From: Candidatus Latescibacterota bacterium
GTDB taxonomy: Bacteria > Latescibacterota > UBA2968
Length of the DNA: 64,000 nucleotides
Reading direction: 5' to 3'
Assembly (NCBI GenBank): GCA_965204375.1
Contig: OZ241986.1
Span: forward strand, 2,976,001 to 3,040,000
Numbering within the stretch: position 1 is the first letter of the stretch; each line of letters starts with the position of its first letter. The position numbers were made by a program, and so were the translations under genes. The notes below the pieces were generated by a model that made no database searches, was not told the origin of the DNA, and saw only the letters and a program-made list of their open reading frames with translations. Of this stretch, positions 59,481 to 64,000 are shown piece by piece.

Positions 59481-60662
59481 ATGCCGACCATTGGAACACC
59501 GCTTTCACCCACCGCAACCAGAATACTCATGTGTGGCTCTGGCGAATTGGGAAAAGAAGTCGTAATTGAACTCCAGCGCTATGGTGTTGAAGTAATTGCC
59601 GTGGATCGCTATGCCAATGCGCCTGCGATGCAGGTAGCGCATCGGTCGCATGTCATTACCATGCTGGATGGGAATGACATGCGCGAAATCATAGAAAAAG
59701 AACAGCCAGACTTAATCGTACCCGAAATAGAGGCAATCGCCACAGATACACTCGTCGAATTGGAAAAAGAAGGATTCACAGTAATCCCAACAGCCAGAGC
59801 GGCCCGCCTGACAATGAACCGCGAAGGCATTCGCAGATTAGCTGCCGAAGACCTGGGCCTAAAGACCTCGCCCTACCGATTTGCATCAAATGTAGAAGAA
59901 TACCGTGCAGCAGTTCGGGAAATCGGTGTCCCATGTGTCATAAAACCAATCATGAGTTCATCGGGCAAGGGACAAAGCACCGTAAAAAACATGGCCGACG
60001 CCGAAAAATCTTGGACCTATGCCCAGGAAGGAGCGCGTGGCGGTGCAGATGCGGTCATCGTGGAAGGATTTGTAGATTTTGACTATGAAATTACGCTATT
60101 GACCCTGCGCCACGAAGGAGGCACGAGTTTTTGCGCGCCAATAGGACATCGACAGGTAGATGGCGACTATCACGAATCGTGGCAGCCACAGCCAATGAGC
60201 GAGGCTGCACTTGAAGGCGCACAACGGATTGGCAAAGCAATCACCGACGCACTGGGGGGCCGCGGCATATTTGGCGTAGAATTATTTGTAAAAGGCGACG
60301 ACATCTACTTCAGCGAAGTATCACCCCGCCCACATGACACGGGCATGGTAACCATGATCTCGCAAGACCTGTCTGAATTTGCCCTCCATGCACGGGCAAT
60401 TTTGGGATTACCAATTCCGTACATCAAACACCACGGCCCATCTGCTTCGCATGTAATCCTGGTAGAAGGACACTCGCAACAGGTACAATTCGGCAACCTG
60501 AACGCAGCGCTCGCCGAACCCGATACAGAAATCCGCTTATTTGGCAAACCCGAAGTACAGGGGGAACGGCGAATGGGCGTCGTCCTTGCAAGAGGCACAT
60601 CACTGGAAGAAGCGCGCAAAAAGGCAAAAGCAGGAGCGGAAACCGTCAGCATCGCGCTTTGA
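59481..60662 (+). CDS. purT: Formate-dependent phosphoribosylglycinamide formyltransferase
   Basis: [43 protein letters not shown]. Confidence 0.96.
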   Translation: MPTIGTPLSPTATRILMCGSGELGKEVVIELQRYGVEVIAVDRYANAPAMQVAHRSHVITMLDGNDMREIIEKEQPDLIVPEIEAIATDTLVELEKEGFTVIPTARAARLTMNREGIRRLAAEDLGLKTSPYRFASNVEEYRAAVREIGVPCVIKPIMSSSGKGQSTVKNMADAEKSWTYAQEGARGGADAVIVEGFVDFDYEITLLTLRHEGGTSFCAPIGHRQVDGDYHESWQPQPMSEAALEGAQRIGKAITDALGGRGIFGVELFVKGDDIYFSEVSPRPHDTGMVTMISQDLSEFALHARAILGLPIPYIKHHGPSASHVILVEGHSQQVQFGNLNAALAEPDTEIRLFGKPEVQGERRMGVVLARGTSLEEARKKAKAGAETVSIAL

Positions 60663-60683
60663 GATATTCTTTAGCCGATATGT

Positions 60684-60714
60684 AAACTGCCGCGCTTATT
60701 GTGCGGCAGTTTTT
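60684..60714. terminator. Bidirectional intrinsic terminator between convergent genes
   Basis: aaactgccgc-gcttatt-gtgcggcagttttt. Confidence 0.8.
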
Positions 60715-60716
60715 GT

Positions 60717-61928
60717 TTACGACAGAATCAGTCCGGCAACAGCATCTTCATTAAGCGTAATACCCAAACCGGGTTTTTCCGTCAGAGTAACATGCCCATT
60801 TTCAAGCGCCAAAGGCTCTGTAAGAAGCTCATTGCCAAAAGGACCGCGCGCAAAACCGCTGGGACATTCAGAGATAAAGCAATTGGGAGTCGCCGCGCCA
60901 ACATGCAGACCCGCCATGAGATGAACAGGAGTACTGGTGCTGACGTGAGACGCCCATGACACGCCAAACACATCGGCCAATTGTGCGATACGCAGCGTTT
61001 CAGAAATACCCCCAGCCCGACAGACATCGGGAAGAATGAGATCGCATTCCTTGTTCAGCAAACGATCTCGCACGACATAGCGGTTGCAGTCCGTCTCCCC
61101 AACAGCGATTCGAACAGAAGTCGATTGGGTCAACTGCCGGTACCCCTGATGATCCTCGGGAAGAAGTGCATCTTCAAACCATTCTACATTGCCGAGATCC
61201 TCGAGCAACCGGACAAAGCGGAGGGCGTCTTTAATATCAAAACCGCCGTGCGCGTCAACCAAAAGCCTGCCGCGGTCTCCCACAGCCCGGGACATCTCGC
61301 GGACCAGATCCATTTGTTCGTCCATCGTCCCGCGTCCACAGGACGTCTTCACCACAGAAAAGCCCTCGTCCAAAACCCTTTCAATCCCCTCACAACGAGA
61401 TTCAATAGTCTGCCCCGGCGTACCCGATGAATACACGGGAATTTGCAAGCGGTAAGGACCGCCGAGCAACCGCCAGATTGGTTCGTTGTAATATTTACCG
61501 CGTATATCCCAAAGCGCGATATCGATCCCCGCAATCGCCTCCAGCGTAAACCCCTGTGTATGGGAGCGCAGGCGCATCGTCGAAAACATGCGCTCCCACA
61601 AAACGTCGATTGAGCGCGGATCCTCCCCGATAAGAACAGGACGCAACAAATCTTCTACAATCGTTTTGACAACGCGAGGCGCAGCCGGAGCATGGGCCTC
61701 GCCAATACCCTCAATACCATTATCTGTACGCACGCGAATAAGCGCTGTCGATCGCCCCGAAGGATAGACACAGAGATGCCGCGTATCGGCTCTGCCCGAA
61801 AAGGACTGTGTGGATTGGGGCGCGACTTGCGGAAATTTTAATCCTGCGGTATCTTCATATCGCGTCGCACCCTGCTGACGAGCGGTGGAGAGAATATCGC
61901 AGGTAATGGAAGTAATTTTCATTTTCAC
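60717..61928 (-). CDS. Mandelate racemase / muconate lactonizing enzyme family protein
   Basis: AGIDIALWDIRGK, VDAH, WFED, GET, H, KPGLGI. Confidence 0.9.
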   Translation of the reverse strand: MKMKITSITCDILSTARQQGATRYEDTAGLKFPQVAPQSTQSFSGRADTRHLCVYPSGRSTALIRVRTDNGIEGIGEAHAPAAPRVVKTIVEDLLRPVLIGEDPRSIDVLWERMFSTMRLRSHTQGFTLEAIAGIDIALWDIRGKYYNEPIWRLLGGPYRLQIPVYSSGTPGQTIESRCEGIERVLDEGFSVVKTSCGRGTMDEQMDLVREMSRAVGDRGRLLVDAHGGFDIKDALRFVRLLEDLGNVEWFEDALLPEDHQGYRQLTQSTSVRIAVGETDCNRYVVRDRLLNKECDLILPDVCRAGGISETLRIAQLADVFGVSWASHVSTSTPVHLMAGLHVGAATPNCFISECPSGFARGPFGNELLTEPLALENGHVTLTEKPGLGITLNEDAVAGLILS

Positions 61929-62025
61929 CTCTTGAGGTGTGTTGTAAAGAAATACGGATGGCTATGAAAATAGAGTGAAAACTCGCTATTTGCAAATTTC
62001 TATCCACACTGTGTAAGAAGATCTG

Positions 62026-62370
62026 ATGAATGCGATTGAAACCCATATTGACCGAGTCACTATCCAGGCCATAACGCGACTGATTGTCGAACGCTTTGAT
62101 CCGGAGCAGATCATTCTCTTCGGCAGCCATGCACGCGGAGAGGCTAACGAGCACAGCGATTTGGATCTGCTGGTCGTGATGCATACAGATGCAGGACAAC
62201 GCCAACACGGCAATCCTATTCGTAGAGCAATTGCCGAGCGTTTCGTGTTGCCCGTTGATATAATTATTCGCTCCCCTGAAGTCTTTGCCGAGCAGAGCAA
62301 TAATCCATATTCCATGATTCACAAGATGCTGGAAGAAGGAGAAGTGGTGTATGAACGGCGAGTCGCCTGA
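62026..62370 (+). CDS. Minimal nucleotidyltransferase (MNT) antitoxin
   Basis: LFGSHARG...SDLDLLVV, VDII. Confidence 0.9.
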   Translation: MNAIETHIDRVTIQAITRLIVERFDPEQIILFGSHARGEANEHSDLDLLVVMHTDAGQRQHGNPIRRAIAERFVLPVDIIIRSPEVFAEQSNNPYSMIHKMLEEGEVVYERRVA

Positions 62371-62734
62371 ACGGGATTGGTTTGAGAAGGCAGATCAAGA
62401 TTTGGAGATGGCACGTCGGGCATTGGACCCTAAACAGCCTCTACCCGAGATGGCCTGCTATCACGCCCAGCAATGCGCTGAGAAATATCTAAAAGGCTAT
62501 CTAATCGCCCATTCTGTGTCCTTTCGCTTCGTACACGATCTCATTTATCTTACGCAGTTATGTATGGCACAAGATTCGGCCTTTGAGGAACTGATGCCAG
62601 GTGTCGAAATTTTAAACGAATATGGAGCGACAACGCGCTATCCAATGGAAGGCTCTGTGGAGCCTGATATAGAGACAGCCAGGGAGGCGATTCGTCTCGC
62701 CGAACAGGTTGCTGCTTTAGTCATGAAGGGTTAG
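62351..62734 (+). CDS. HEPN domain protein (MNT-HEPN pair)
   Basis: W.EKADQDL, CYHAQQCAEKYLKG, HDL, RYP. Confidence 0.9.
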   Translation: MNGESPERDWFEKADQDLEMARRALDPKQPLPEMACYHAQQCAEKYLKGYLIAHSVSFRFVHDLIYLTQLCMAQDSAFEELMPGVEILNEYGATTRYPMEGSVEPDIETAREAIRLAEQVAALVMKG

Positions 62735-62752
62735 ACGAGGAGAAAGTGTAAA

Positions 62753-63520
62753 GTGACAATAAAAATACCAAAAAAGGAGGAATGCTTAAAACTGCGAAAA
62801 AGATTGCAGAAAGCAAGATATCAGGTCTTAGAAGACGGAGAAAACTGGCTTGGAATAGCGCAGGCAATTGAGGCAGTGGGAAATGCAATAGCGAAGAAAT
62901 CAAAGGTCGAAACAGGACTGGGCAACTTGAAGAAGGAACTGCAACAACTTGTAAAAGAGTACCACCCAACAACGGGCCAAGGACAATATAAGGCAGAAGA
63001 GGGACCATTTGAGAGCACTTTTGAAAACCTCTTGGAAGAGGTAAGAAAAACACGGAACGACGAGGCACACACGGGAGTGGCAGCACGGTCAGCAGCAAGA
63101 ATAGCAGTCGTAGTAGGAATCTATCTAGAGGACACTTTGATGGCAGCAAGTGGCGCAGATAAGGATGTGAAACCATATATACAAGAAGAGGTAGTGCGAG
63201 CCTACAAATGGCAGAGGCTGGGAGAGTGCAGACGACTGATGCTGACATATTCTTTCTCGTACCTGCCCATAAAGATAGGAACTGAATGGAAAATGTTATC
63301 AGATGTGGACCTGGCAGAATACCTGGCGGTTAAAGGCCCGGAGGGACGGAAGGAGACAGTAGAAGAAGCGATACAAAACCGACTGAACGTAGAAGATGCC
63401 GCCGAAGTGAAACCTACCTACTGCAAGTGGAAAGCTCTTAAAGAAATGGGAGGGAATGCAGCAGTTGTGATGACAGAAGGAGACCTCGTGGGCATCATAA
63501 CCCCATTTGACTTACTTTAG
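62753..63520 (+). CDS. HEPN-like (RxxxxH) domain fused to a CBS domain pair
   Basis: VRKTRNDEAH; MLTYSFSYLPI; GDLVGIITPFDLL. Confidence 0.7.
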   Translation: MTIKIPKKEECLKLRKRLQKARYQVLEDGENWLGIAQAIEAVGNAIAKKSKVETGLGNLKKELQQLVKEYHPTTGQGQYKAEEGPFESTFENLLEEVRKTRNDEAHTGVAARSAARIAVVVGIYLEDTLMAASGADKDVKPYIQEEVVRAYKWQRLGECRRLMLTYSFSYLPIKIGTEWKMLSDVDLAEYLAVKGPEGRKETVEEAIQNRLNVEDAAEVKPTYCKWKALKEMGGNAAVVMTEGDLVGIITPFDLL

Positions 63521-63561
63521 GAAAGACGCACAGGTACAGGAAAAACAAACAGGAGGATCGC

Positions 63562-64000
63562 ATGCTGAAACAAGTGCTTGCTGTGCTGGTACTCGTAGGC
63601 CTGATTGAAGGGGCATCCATTGAGAAAGCCAAAATGCTGAATACCCACGGCTTGAAAGACGAGGCCAAACAGGAGTTGATAGACGTAATTTTCGGCACGT
63701 CTGGGGGTGAAGCTAAAGCAGATGCCTATTACTATTTGGGAAACATCGCCTTGACAGAGCGCAAGGTCACGGCGGCGATATCGACATGGAGCGAATTAGT
63801 TGAAAAGTATCCCAATTCTAAGCGGGTTGTCGAAGTGCAACAACAGATTGAAGTGTTGAAGGCCGGGCTATCTGATACTCTTGATGTCGTGTTGGAGAAC
63901 GTAACCGCAAATCTCTATTTGAGGAATGCTGAATTTTGGTTGGAAAATTTACGCCCCATTTCCTCAATAGGTATTGACGCCTGGGGGCTACCGCGTAGCG
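63562..64000 (+). CDS. Secreted TPR-containing protein (partial, runs off window)
   Basis: SD AGGAGG; MLKQVLAVLVLVG; ADAYYYLGNI...LVEKYPNS; no stop before the window end. Confidence 0.7.
   Translation, partial: MLKQVLAVLVLVGLIEGASIEKAKMLNTHGLKDEAKQELIDVIFGTSGGEAKADAYYYLGNIALTERKVTAAISTWSELVEKYPNSKRVVEVQQQIEVLKAGLSDTLDVVLENVTANLYLRNAEFWLENLRPISSIGIDAWGLPRS

Noticed and set aside
62026-62734. CBASS-type cyclase system
   Set aside because: The nucleotidyltransferase is a 114-aa minimal MNT paired with HEPN, far too small for a CD-NTase.

Overview
Bacterial genomic window, probably from an FCB-group/Latescibacterota-like host- or sponge-associated organism. This is inferred from the secreted LRR, WD40, YWTD and dockerin-like proteins and the sulfatase/fucosidase genes. 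1-11.4 kb: three large secreted repeat proteins with dockerin/EF-hand-like modules, two related MITE-like elements and an IS256. 11.5-19 kb: an IS1380, then a 5.7 kb IS1595-family element with 27-bp terminal inverted repeats. It carries AT-rich passenger genes, a nested IS3 and a candidate structured ncRNA. 20-29 kb (minus strand), the best candidate for an undescribed system: fatty acyl-CoA reductase, HxxxxD acyltransferase, eukaryote-type alkyl-DHAP synthase and a DHRS7B/PexRAP-like SDR. Together these match the four peroxisomal steps of ether-lipid synthesis. The cluster is divergent from an ndk-yceD-rpmF-fabHDG-acpP-fabF-rnc operon that lacks plsX. 35.5-45.5 kb: lipoyl ligase and an uncharacterised GlmL-like ATPase / DUF6754 / membrane-protein cluster with OppDF. 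45.7-64 kb: peptidase-TolB-barrel outer-membrane protein, UbiA, sulfatases, GH29, purT, an MNT-HEPN pair and a HEPN-CBS fusion. No rRNA, tRNA or CRISPR array was seen. All family calls come from motif recognition, not database searches.
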